Shown here piece by piece: positions 11,743 to 23,782 of a stretch of DNA of 64,000 nucleotides. The notes under the pieces were generated by a model. The model made no database searches and was not told the origin of the DNA. It saw only the letters and a program-made list of their open reading frames with translations. The translations under genes and the position numbers were made by a program. Where the stretch lies: positions 1-64,000 of the forward strand of contig DF237302.1 of assembly GCA_000708835.1 (NCBI GenBank). The letters are read 5' to 3'. Numbering within the stretch: the stretch's first letter is position 1; every line of letters starts with the position of its first letter. Source of the DNA: Klebsormidium nitens (taxonomy: Eukaryota > Plantae > Klebsormidiophyceae).

Positions 11743-13560
11743 TCAAACGACGCTTGGCTCGGTATACTCAACTGCCCAGTCCGACGCATCCGCTCTCTGC
11801 AGACCTCTCCTCTCCCACTTCACTATCGTTTCCCCGTTGCGGCGGCTGACCACCAGCTGTTTGAGTTGCGGACATTCTGCAAAAATGCTTTTAACCTCGG
11901 AAACGAACCGCACCAGAATCCTGCCCGGAAGCGGATCGATGATGATCGTCGTCGCCTCCCCTGCTTTTGTGCGATCCTGGAGTTTCGAAAGCAGCGCAGC
12001 CGCGAGCGGACAGTCCGAAGCCGCAAGCCATTCGTCCGCAAAATCAAAGTCCACTCGCTCCGCAGCGAAAGAACAGCCCCAAAACACTTCGAGGACTTCA
12101 AAATTTGTGGGCAACTGACAAAAAGGAAGCACGCCCAGCAAAACAGTGCTTTTCTCGGGTTCAGGTCTGCACCAGGCAGCCGCCTTCAGAAGCCGAACAC
12201 CTGGCAGCCACGCCACTTGGCAAGGTTTACGCGAGCTTCTGCGCAGCCTTTTAGCTTGGGAGCGAAGTTTCAGTTCCGTAATATCCAGCTCTGCCAACTG
12301 GTCGTCCTGCGAGAAGCCGACACGTGGACCCTCCCCTCCGAGTTTCAACGCTTCGAGGCTAGGAAGGCGGCGGATCAAGCCCAAGAGGTTTGTTGCGGAA
12401 TAATCAAAATCTTGTAGAGTGAGCTCCTTCAAGCTTGTGAGGAAGTGGAGCATATACTGGCCACAAGAGCCATCCCAGCGAATCAACTCACAGGCTCCTG
12501 TGGTGGATCCTAGGATGGGTATTTTGGAAGTTATTTCATACCAACAATCTTGCACTTAACCCACGGGAATCTGAAAAGAGGGTTTAGTATTGAGCATAGG
12601 CTCTCCATGGTCCGCGGTTCGAACAAAACCAGCTCAGAAAGGCGGGACCGTTTTTGGATCTCTTCCGAAAGCCTCTCCATATTTGTGCGCAACGCTTGGC
12701 CATGGGGCATGATGGCGCGCCTTGAAACAGTCTTTGCAACGATGGCGTTCCCGTCTGCCCCGCTCCTGTTCGTCTGCATGCTCCTCTTGATGGCGACGGA
12801 GGCAAAGGTGAGGAAATGATGGTACTTCCTTGATGCAGAAAACCTCCGACCAGTCCTCGTTGCTAAGCGACTCATCATCGTCGAGCAGCTTTTATGTCAC
12901 CCCACATCGAGTTGCAGGCTTGCTGATTCCGTCAAACATCGAAATTGGAATAGGTTTTGAATGTGCGGGGATGTTATTTTTCTCCCACGTCCAGGTGTCC
13001 GCCTCCGCGCCTGGTCAGGATTTCCGCTCGAGCGAGCGGAACATCGGCGGCGGAAGCGGCAGAGGTGCGCATCGCCAGTTGCTGCAAATCGGTAAGCTTA
13101 CTTAAGTCAACGCTGTGCTTTTCAAACTCAAAAGGAGCCTTCGCCGCCCTGTTCTTACACCAGTTGAGCCCTTTAAAAACGCAAGGAACCGGCTAAAGAG
13201 CCGTAAAAGTGTGAAGGTTTCAAGCGGTGATCGGCTCGGAGTTTTCTCAGATTTTGAGAGTGTAGCTGATTCTCCATTTGCTGGTGCCTCCATAGATTTT
13301 TTCCCAATGTATCTGATTTCTTTGACGCGAGTTTGATGCTCGCAAGCACGTATGCAGGCCGAATGGTCACGCGTCGTTTCTGCCCAGCCGGCCGGTTTTT
13401 CTAACCATCTGGCTGACCTTGACCCACTCCAGTTCACCAGAACGAATCGGGTGATATCAGGCCCCGTATCTTTGAGCTTGATAAAGTGATTGTCCGTGTC
13501 CTTGTACTCCAAAGAACGAGAGATCGACTTGCTGTAGCGCCTGATAATGAGCACGAGCAT
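11743..13560 (-). pseudogene. LRR-like protein (F-box/LRR or RNI-like family); 3' part open, 5' part frameshifted
   Basis: The long 3' open frame has LxxLxL repeats (FLTSLKELTL, LPSLEALKL, CPQLKQLVV). LRR-like snippets upstream (NLRKLR, LSKLTDLQQLAM, MFRSLER, VPSFPHLCL) fall in different frames with stops and no convincing introns. No F-box was identified. Confidence 0.5.
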
Positions 13561-15795
13561 CTATCAGTTGCAGCTCCTCGCTCCAACACGTTCCTTATAT
13601 CCGATGACTTGCAGGTGCGGTTACGCCCATATGCCCTCCCAAAGACACGAAGAACAACTCGGTAGCGCTACTGGCGTGTTTCTACTTAGTCCGGCTGAAT
13701 GCCACATACTTTAGCAATTCGTACGCCTCTTGTACCTACAATGAAACCGGTGCCCGAGTGCCGAAGGATTCGCAAGTGGACGATGCAAAGCTTCTCCCAT
13801 GTCCAGGTGAGCCGTACAATGTACCGTAGACACTTCCACCCACGTTGCAACTGATTTCACCCTTGGAAGACAGAATACTGACCTCAAGAAATGAGTTCAG
13901 GCTTGCTAGGCCGTGTGCCCTCCCAAAGCTTAATTAACGCTCCTCGTCCTTTGGGTGCACCGGACAATGATCAGGAAATGAGAAATGGTTAGGAAATGGT
14001 TAGAACGGTTGGGTCAACGAGTTGACCGTATTTTGGTACCTCCTCACTGCAGGAAGCACACCCGTCCCCTATTCGTGCCCTGGCGTGGAATCGGTTGGGT
14101 TTCGCCCCGCCACGACATTCCTCAGATTTCATTGCCTCTACAATACTCCAGCCGGGCTCCCTCGGGTGAGGACCGATGTAGCGAGAACAGTTTCATCCTG
14201 TGAACAGTAACAGAGACGGGTAGGGTTAGTTAGGGGGTTCGGGTGCGGAGCGGGTAATCTTCTTGGTTAGGCTTTTAGTGAACCTCGAAATGCTTATTGT
14301 TCACTGGGCTTAGTGTTCACTAAGTCGAGAATTACCTCCCTCAGGGTCAGGCCGTCCTGAGCGTAATCGCTCCAGGAAGCTGCATCTACGAGCCAACTGG
14401 CGCAGTCATCAAGTTCATCGCCAATCTCAACTGTACTGGTGGGTCTTGCATCTTCTTCGCTGAAAAACGTTAGGACATCCTGCCTTCATCGCCGTTTCCT
14501 CTCAAATCCCCTCAGTCCGATGATAATATCTGAGTCTTAGAGCCGACAGGAAAGTTCACCTGCTGATGGTTCCTCCAAGTCCAGCACTGCTAACGAGTTA
14601 GGTATTTCACATTTGGCCCGATTTGTGGAGAGTTTCGACGAAGGAGTCCACCAGATTAGGATGAAAGGGCACGGACGAAACAGTGAGCCGCTCATTGGGG
14701 TCTTCAAGTGATAGAATTATCAGCCGACCAGATAAACAAAACGCATACCGTTCGAAGGGGACAATTTTGCCACAGCTGCATCAGTAAAGCAAATCGTTGC
14801 ATGAACAGCCCTTAAGAGAGCTCTTCGTCTTTACGGCCACTGAAGCGGTGCTCGTTTGAGGCCGATTATTTGCAGGGAACTGGGACCTTTGTAAGCAGGT
14901 CGAAAAGACCCCCTACGCAAAGAAGCAAAAGAAGGTTGTTAACATCGACCTGAAATCCACTTCATCGTTTCGTATTTCCCAATCAAGTACCGCTGTCGTG
15001 CTCATGATCACCTTATCGAACTCGTGCAGAAACCGCTATTCCTTCCTTGGCCATGCCAACCAACGGTAGGTTTCCATTCCTTTTCTGACCTGCACCTAGC
15101 CCAGTCCCCATGTACGGTAACCTTAGTGAGCCATATCGAAAACAGCACATCGTAGATAAAATCAGTTCTGGGTTGCCTCTAGTACAAGCCGAGGGTTTTA
15201 GTTTCAACCCGATTGAACATATCGCTTATCCGAACAAGTATAATCTGGATACGGAAAGTTGCTTGCCCAATCCGGCCGATCATCTGAGCAAGATATTGCA
15301 ATGACTGTAGAACCTTGTTCTCGTCCCTGTTAGCTCCGTTACGCATAAGATTTGCCTGCTAACCAGGCTGATTATCGGACTTAAGTATAGGGCTATCAAA
15401 GAATCAATTGGACGTAAAGATTGTTCCAGAGATGGCTATGTACCGCCCAAGTCGGGTTATTGAAAATCCAACTACTCTCTAACCAGCCCATGACCAGCCC
15501 AGAACCAGCCATGGGTACTGAGGCCAATTGGGCCGAGAATGATTTTATCGGCTTGGCGGGAGATCTTGGTCGTACATCACAAACGTCGACCCTTTTTAAC
15601 GGTTCTACAACCAGCTTCACCTGTATTTCAACGGACGACAACCTCCGGCCTTTCCAGACTTCCTGGAAACCCACAGCCAGTAACGGCCATGTTTGGTGTA
15701 TTTTCAAGGTTCAGGTCGAACAATTTTAGTATTTACCCCCCTCCTCGATAATTCTCATAAGTCGGTTTAACTCTTTGTCTTTGCCGCTCCGCCAG

Positions 15796-16127
15796 CTAGC
15801 AACCTGACTGCGTGCACCGACATCGGAGCCGGCCGCAGCACCGAGTGAGCGAACATTCCGACGGGCCCCTCCGGCTTCGGCTTTAACAACTGCGCCTGCG
15901 GTTCGTACATCGGGGGCCGCCTTGCAACTAACGTAACGAACGTCTGCGGAGCAGTAGTGAAGTGCAGTGCCTGCACCACCGGTTGTAACTGTGATGCAGA
16001 TTGTCTCTTCGGGTATCACTGCGCGCCCGACTGCGGCGGGGTTCCGCCCCCCCCAAGCGTCACGGGGAATCGCACCGGAGTCTGCGTGCCCAACTGTGGC
16101 ACCTTGCCGGGTTCGAAAGGCTGTTAG
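15796..16127 (+). pseudogene. Cys-rich extracellular-type protein exon with an in-frame TGA at 15846-15848
   Basis: Pyrimidine-rich acceptor (ctttgtctttgccgctccgccag), then the frame reads SNLTACTDIGAGRSTE*ANIPTGPSGFGFNNCACGSYIGGRLATNVTNVCGAVVKCSACTTGCNCDADCLFGYHCAPDCGGVPPPPSVTGNRTGVCVPNCGTLPGSKGC*. It is not in the ORF track. Confidence 0.6.
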
Positions 16128-17995
16128 AACGGGAGGACAGAGAACATGGACTCCCGAGGAGATATTAGAGACCCCTCCTAAGCATAACCCTCTTGATTCG
16201 ACGGTCTGGGTTGTCTTGTCTGCAAATCTTGAACGTCGATCAAAGGGGTTATAACGGAAGGGGGTGCCTAGGGAGTCCGCTAGGAGTCCCTCTTCTCCGT
16301 CTTTCTGTTCTGTTCGTGTGCACCTTGCAAGGAAGTGAGGATGTGGGAAGGGCCGTTTCAAATCTGGCAAACGGTGGTCCTAAGCAGATTCGGCCTACAT
16401 AGGATGTTGAACAGAGCGGAAAGCCGCACTGAGCCATTTAGAGCGCCTCGCGGCTTTTTCAAGACACTTTAAGATTGTGGAACTAGATTTGTACACGTTT
16501 TGCTCGTTTAAGCCGTCTCGCCCTTGTCGCGAACTTGTAAGGGCCCTAGCCTCTGGCTTGAGTAGTACGTTGGATACCAGTGGTTGGCAGTATGGAGACA
16601 TTAAACTAAAGTTGCACATACATTCTCGCTCCCTGTCCAGATGCCTACCAGAGAATCCCTTGTGATCTGGTATGCAAATTCGTGTGAATTACATGAGTCT
16701 AACGAAAGAGTCAGCTAACGCCTGATGATTGGTTGACTGGGCTTCTACAATGTGTCGGCTGACTTATTTCTGAAGCCACTCCCCCGGAACTCGGGCATCT
16801 AACAAGATCCGTTAACATGATTGTATCGATATTAGCCTTCTTGTAGAGGATGTACCGATGTCTGCGTTGAAAAGTGAACACCGAGAACCCGTACAAACAT
16901 TTGGCGCATAGCGCCTTCTTAAAGTTTCTCAAATCTTGAGGCCACAGCACTTCGTGTACCGTTTAAATCTTGGGGCTGTTAATGCGAATCCGACGTACGA
17001 GATGGAAGACCTCCTGAACTTAACTTAAATTTCCAATATATTTTCGATGAGCTTCAAAAGCTTCATGCCGCCATTGTTCATCTCCCAAATTTGCACCCCT
17101 TGGAAAATGAACGGCCCTGAGTAGGAAACAAAACGCCGTGGAAGCATGTCTCGAGACATTCGAACAAGCAACAGAACTTTGAAGGAACGTGCACTAGCTG
17201 TCGAGGCGCACATGGATGTGCAAGTTCCCCGGTCAACCAGGCTGCCGATTGCACATCTCTGAGGGGCGACGCAGCGGAAGTCACACGCCTTGCGAATTTC
17301 AACTTCCGTCCCAAAAGTGCATTGCCTCTTCGATCTTTCTTGTCATTAATGGGGATGATCCGACCCCCCGGCCAACAATTAACTCATACTGATTTTGTAG
17401 TCATTCGCTTCCGAAGGCCGGACTGTCCATCGTCGCCGCGCGCGCGCGGCGCACACTGCGGTGAGGGCCCCGCCGCTATAACCTAGCAACACGGTTTAAG
17501 GGGAATCACCCCCCCCCCTATGCTGACATGCTCGCCTAGGGCCTAAGTATAACCAAGCGTTTCCGTCCTATAAAAGCTTTTGTATGGTACGGACCGTCTG
17601 GAGCGACATGAAAGTACCACGACTTGGATGCAATTTGCAAACTTGCACCATGCAGGATCATGCCGATCACTGTTGCCCGCACCTTAGATATGCCTGCCAA
17701 GTACATCCCCGTTCAAGATTGCAGTACATGAGCATTTCAACTCAAATCGCCTATACCGTTGTCACAATATATCTATTCTTAGCTACATCGGTGGTACATA
17801 CTACAGTTCCGAAAGCTCTGGGTCTCGGTCATTATTCTCCGTGTATAGTCAACACGTGTCTTAAGTAAACTTACTATTGTGCTCACAACATTTTGGACCG
17901 TTCTTGTCAGTAACTGCGGATGAAGGCTCTACAAATCAACTACCTGCAGTCTGTTATAGTCAAACAGGCCGTCCTATTGTCACAACTGCGCTTAT

Positions 17996-20900
17996 TCAAG
18001 AGCACTCTCGGACGCATATGCTTTGCAGCTGCGCCTGCGTTTGCGTCGGGAAGTTGGGCACCCACGTCTGGCGGCCGTCGGCGCATCCGACGGTGCCGGT
18101 GCCGTTGGTGTAGGTCGTCACGTCACACGTCACCTGCTTGCCGCCGACGCCGTCGCAATTCCAAAGCGGCGTCTTGACGCACGACAGATAGTGGCACCAA
18201 CTGCACTCCTTGTTTGCGTCGACTCCAGTGAACACCGCGATGAAGGCCGCAGTGAACAGGGCCAGAAACACAAGGGCCGCGACCACCTGGACAAGACGGA
18301 GGTCTGTTCAGGATGGAATCCGGTTAGGAGTCTACTTATTCGGAAAGGCAGCTCAATCTTGCTCAATCTTAAAGGATTTCTTACAGATTCCTCTGAGGAA
18401 AGTAAGACGCAATCTTCTGGGGGATCGATTTCCACTTCGGGAACGGCGACTTGATCCTCAAAGGAATCCGCAAGGACTCCAGTTTGCGATAGGGAGACTC
18501 GATCGTCAAAAAGTCGTAAGGACTTCATCTCAGAATACGAAGACTCAATCGTAAAGGACATCCGGAAAGGACTTCGTCTCAGGGCACGAAGACTCAACGT
18601 CAAAGACGCTCGTAAGGAATCATCCCGGAAAAGGGAGAGTCAGTCGTCAAAGATTGGCATAGGTCCACTTCAGGAAACCGAGTTTGGAGCGACCAGTGGG
18701 CAGTTAAGGATATTCGGAAGTGATCGCTCAGCCTCCTGAGGTGCTTCACACCCTAGATTCCTATTTTTTCAACGACAATCACACTGACAGACCATGCAAG
18801 GTCGGGGTCAAAATAGCAGACGAACCAAGGTCAGGTCCTGCCAAAAGGCTTCTCCCTTGCCTAAAAACGTGGCCGTGGAGCTGTCTGCTCGAACGGGCCA
18901 TCAAATTTCCAACAAACGCACAGCCTTACACTCGACCACGGATTTTCACGGCCGCCATGGATCCAGTGCCCAAGAAAGATGATCAAAACCACGACTCGTA
19001 TTTCGGAATCAATTTTCTAAGTCCGTAAAAGTCTCAAGCAATACAACAACTATCAGAGCAACTAGCGGAAATGAACCACCCTACGACCCAGAAAACCCCA
19101 AGGTGCGAGCGCGCTTCTGCAAAGTTGCGCAGGCAGCTCACCTGGAGCACGTATTGGTACGTCTTGTGCTTGCGCATTTTGGGCGGGTCCACGTGCATGT
19201 ACGGCAGCGCGGGCTCGGCCGCGTAGTCGCGGTACAGCCAGCTGAACTGCGGCTTCACGAATAGCACGAAGCCGAGCAGGAAGCCGGTTGCGAGCCCGCC
19301 AAGATGGCCTGCGTGCACCAGAACGGGACTCTAAAAATGCATCGTTCTGTGGTTTCGCGGTATGAACCACACGTTGAGAGGTTCGACGCATCGCGCTCGA
19401 GGATGAAAAAAGCTGCCGACAGGATGCTGACGCAACTGTCTCAGCTGTGGCAATGGTGGTACATGGTGCCTGCTTGGGTCGGGTTCAGGGCTGGGCCAGG
19501 AGGGGGACGCTAGAAGCAGAAAAGCGGGCGGAACCATCGCGCTTCCGTGTGGGTCTGGTAAGACCGAGGCAGCGAGCTACAAACTGCAACGGAAAGGGAT
19601 CGAGCTTGCACGAGGGTGCATGGTTAAGGATAGCAAAGCCGAGTTCTACGGTCTTGGTTGATCAGATCCTAAACTTCTGGAACGTTCAGGGTAAGCGTTC
19701 TAGGGGCAGGCAGCTTACAGAAGTTGTCCACTTGCGGAGTGAGGCCGAAGGCGAGGTTGACCGCAATCAGGATGAGCAGGCTCAGTAGCGATGCCACCTG
19801 CACAAGTACGGAAGGAGTATCGCGTCAAATCGCAGACAGTACAGCGAACTCTATGCGGAGAAAGGCGTTATAAGGTGGGGGCGTGTTCATAATCGTCGAG
19901 TTTTCAAAACTCGACGCTGAAAGAACGTGTGAATGGACGCTTGCTTGATCAGAGAAATTCACGGGATAAAACGAGGTAACAGTGATCCGCGTCTCATCAG
20001 TTGTGTGATCGCACCAGGCACCTTTCGTTTCGGCTTTTGTAAGAGCAGTACCTGTGTTTCGATCTGTTTCGAAGTATTATCTGAAGGGGCGGTCACGACT
20101 CAACGAATGAACCAACAGATGCATTCCAGGGATGTCCTGAGTACAGCTTGGAACGCGATACAATGAACGCAGGAGCTACTTTCCTGCAGCCATAAGACCC
20201 GTAGCATGGTGAGCAGGAAATCCTAGGAGGCAAGGTGCTGATCTTCGAAGTGTGAATGGTCAACTTAGTGAGCAAGGGGCCATCGCAAAAGCCACAGTGG
20301 CAAGGTGCTGACCTTGGAGGTGTAAATGGTCCAGTTAGTGAGAAGGTCCGCCAGCGTCGCACCCAGCAGCCCAAACAGCGCACCCGAGGCCCCCACGCTG
20401 ATGACGTTGGTAAGGAACAGGGCTGACATGAGGGATCCACCCACCCCGCTCAAGAAGTAGAGAACAATCAGGCGGACTGCATGATGTAGAGTGGCGAGTC
20501 AGGGGGCAGTGCACGCAAGGCGGGTGATCTGATTGGATTTCGACTCCTGGGATTTTAGGGTGTCAGTGATGAAGTTGCTTGGAAAAGAAAGTGGAATCTG
20601 AGGCTCGGGGCAGAGATGTCCAAAAGGAGTCAGCGCACTGCTTGATAGGCTATGATGACAATCACGTGGATAGTAGGGCGTTTCGAGGGACTGCTGCGCT
20701 GAAGCTGACTACTGCAGGAAGGGGCGCTCCCCAGCTCATGGCTATGGCCTGGTTCAACGTCCACCCTTTTCCGGTTCTGCCGTCTCATCACTCAAAACTT
20801 GTCGCAAGCGCTGCCGCAATGCACAAAACAAGATACTCCAACTTCAGACAAGGACCTAGAGTCCAAAGTAGGCATTCGAACAAAGGTAAAAGCGCTCAGA

Positions 20901-22440
20901 AAAGCTCAGAAACTAATGGACGCACATCGGCGCTGCTGACCTCACCTGCGCCGAAGTCCTTCTCGAGGCGCACCCCTACCACTAGGAGTCCGAGCATGTT
21001 TACGAGCAGGTGGAAGACGCCGCCGTGCAGCCACATACACGACAGCAGCCGCCAGCCACCCCCGTGGCGTATCGCTGATGATTGCAAGCCACCCATGCGC
21101 AGCAGCCTGTTGGGAGCGGCCAATAAGGATCAGCGTATGCTCAAGCAGTCAGGTGGGGAATCTAAAGTGTCAAAGATCAGGGCAGATTGATTGGTTGATG
21201 GACAATCAGCCCCTCGTCCATCCTCCCCAATATTCTGTATCTTCAACAACCAATATAGCACTTCTGCCCACTCTGAAAGTCAAGGCGATTGGCCAGGGAT
21301 CGCTGTTGCAAACATAGCCAATCTGGAGGGAATGGATGTCGAGGAAAAATCAGATACTATAGAGTAGTCCCCGCAAGCTCTGAAGGCAGCTTATGTCCAC
21401 ATTTGCATCTTATATCTCCAACAGTGTAGAGATCCTAAACAGCCAGCAGAAGACACGCTAGATTGAGCTGTGTGCCCAGCCGGAGTAAATGACGCCCTTA
21501 CGTGTCTGCGGCCGGTCCGAGGAGGGGGTTCTCTGACCAGGGCTGAAAAGCGAGGCGGCCCAGCCATGTGGCTATGCAAGAAACATGGGGACTCTGCAAG
21601 AGAATCAGCATATGCTCAAACCCCGCACTTTCAAACTGATCCTAGAGGAGTGGCGGTCTTCGCACAAATAAAGCATGATGGAAACAACGCTACCTTATGA
21701 TCAGGATCAGAAGACAATGTTGGAAATACTGCCTATGTCGACATAAACGATATGGACCGATGCTGAAGTGAGACGATCAGAGTCCTCCACTGGCAAATTG
21801 AGCTGAAAGCCATCCGACCAGGGTTGTTTGAGCTTGCAAAGCAAGCTTAATTGATTTTAGGGTTCCATTCTGATCCCTTTCTGAGGTCACTCCCCTTGGG
21901 AGCAGCTTCTTTGACAAGCTCAAGAATGATCACAGGAGCTAGACTCACCTGGTGTGGACAATCATTCTCATACATCGTGATGATGAACAATGTCACGCAC
22001 GCAACTACAATGAGGGGGATCACCCAGAAGAATCCACACCGCCTTGACTTCTGCCGTCCTGCTGCTGACCGCTGCCGGTATAAAGCTGCATCTGAAGGGA
22101 GGGGCGCTGCCCCAGGCGTGCCAGGGGGGGGAGCTGAGAAATTTTGAGCCGGAACAGGGGGAGTTGCAAAGTCGGCTGCATTGGGGGGGTAGACGACGCT
22201 GTACGGCGCAGCATACTGGAGGTCATGAAGGGGCTTTTCTTCAGTCTCGGGCTTGGACAGCCTTCGGAGACCTGACTTTGGAGACAGCTCTCCAGAATAC
22301 TGCTGCACACGGGGATTCTCTTCATCCTCTGCAGTTATGCGTGCACCAGGCGACAAATGTGGCGCTTCGCTGAGGACTGGGGCCGAGGGTGACTCTTCCG
22401 GCACATCTTTCAGAGGCCTTCGACGGGCCCAACTCCCCAT
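17996..22440 (-). CDS. Rhomboid-like intramembrane serine protease (plant RBL type), 481 aa
   Basis: Seven exons: 22440-21949, 21593-21502, 21106-20946, 20476-20313, 19797-19719, 19308-19142, 18286-17996. They total 1446 nt in frame. Motifs: [19 protein letters not shown], catalytic GASGALFG and HLGG, and the Cys-rich C-terminus [10 protein letters not shown] typical of plant RBLs. Confidence 0.95.
18490..18655. repeat. Degenerate minisatellite in rhomboid intron 6
   Basis: aaggacttc(a/g)tctcag...acgaagactcaa at 18518 and 18567 (period 49). gggaga(c/g)tc..tcgtcaaa at about 18492 and 18633. Confidence 0.6.
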
Positions 22441-23782
22441 GCTTGCAGGAACTATCGGAACTCTCTGAAGGTAAGATGATCTAGGCTGCTGTCTTGACTG
22501 AGGCGGTGCAAGCTGCTTAAGAACCCCTATGGCTTCTCAATGCAAGATCAGATGCTGCCACCAAACACCAAACAAAGCTTCAACGTCCTGGCAAGGGAAT
22601 GTGTACGTCTAAAGGACGCCACAATCAGCGTGCAATTGACGTCCCTCCCCCAAGAGCAACTTGAAATTGAATGCCCAGGTGCAATTGCCTGTTGGATCAA
22701 TGGGATCGACCCAGATGGACCTTCCAAGCAGCACAAACAGAGCGCACAAAGTTGCCACAAACATGCCTACCTATGTGGATTCAAAGCACGCCCGTCAACT
22801 ATGCCAGGCGTTGACCTCCTCCTGAAACATCAGCCGTCCGATCTCAGATCGGACGATGCCTAAAGCAGGACTGTCCGAACGGGGCCAGGTTATCAAAAGT
22901 TTCAAATTCGAAATTATCTGCCTGCTGAATATCCATAATAAACAGGCAAGCGCATGGATATACCGGTATATCGCAGCTTTCGATGTCAACAAGTTGGAAC
23001 GTGACTGCACATGCATCTATAGCAGCATATGGCCCAGGGCCATGGGTGCGTGCAATTCTACCTACTTGAGAATGCAACGTGCACAGTCACATGTTTAATT
23101 TGGCATGAATTGATTGACGACGGATGACCATACCTATGATCATGCGCTGCCACATTCCTGTCAAGGGGTAGCTATGCCAATTCCTGGCAACAAAGCGCAC
23201 CAGATTGACCACCTGCGGACTCTACTGCAACGTTGAAGCAGCTAGATAGAATGCATGTATTAAGAAGCTTACGGTATTGGCCGATTCGATTATCAAGCTG
23301 AGAAGTTAGAAACATATACAAAACATCGAAGGTATGGTCGATACAGGCCTTGAGGAGCTTAGTATTTGACTTGTATAATTGACAATGTCTGACCAGCCTG
23401 AGCGGGTCGACTTTAGGAGGCACGAAAGGAGCTTCCCGACATTGGATAACCTACTCGGATATCCGCCTGAACGTCACACTCTGCTATCTGCCTGATTTTT
23501 CGTGCCTCTTTTGTCACATTGCTTCGGGGGTCCTGATGCCAAAAGGTAGGTTATACTCAACAAAATTCCTCTGCATTCGCCTCTCTCCTTGTAGCAGACC
23601 TTGACGACCTGCTCGTTTCTACAAGTAACGTCTTCAGCCGGCATTTCTACCTAAGCCGAACCCTCAGATCTAGCCCGTCTCAGCGTCTCTGGTGTTTCAG
23701 ACCTTGTTTTCGCACCCTCTATCGAGTATCCTGATCAGTGCCTCCCGCAGGTGCACTTTGTGGCAAAGACCAGGAGCCGGGG

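Noticed and set aside
14215-14275. TTAGGG-like telomeric sequence
   Set aside because: Only two or three degenerate units, not an array.
14870-15310. Possible retroelement or gene remnant
   Set aside because: No RT, integrase or RNase H motif could be read in any frame, and stops occur in all frames.
16400-17330. Several 60-90 aa ORFs on both strands
   Set aside because: No motifs, no consistent splice chain and no codon-like signal that I could support.
18130-18603. 157-aa minus-strand ORF overlapping the last rhomboid exon
   Set aside because: It runs through an intronic minisatellite and is out of frame with the rhomboid exon.
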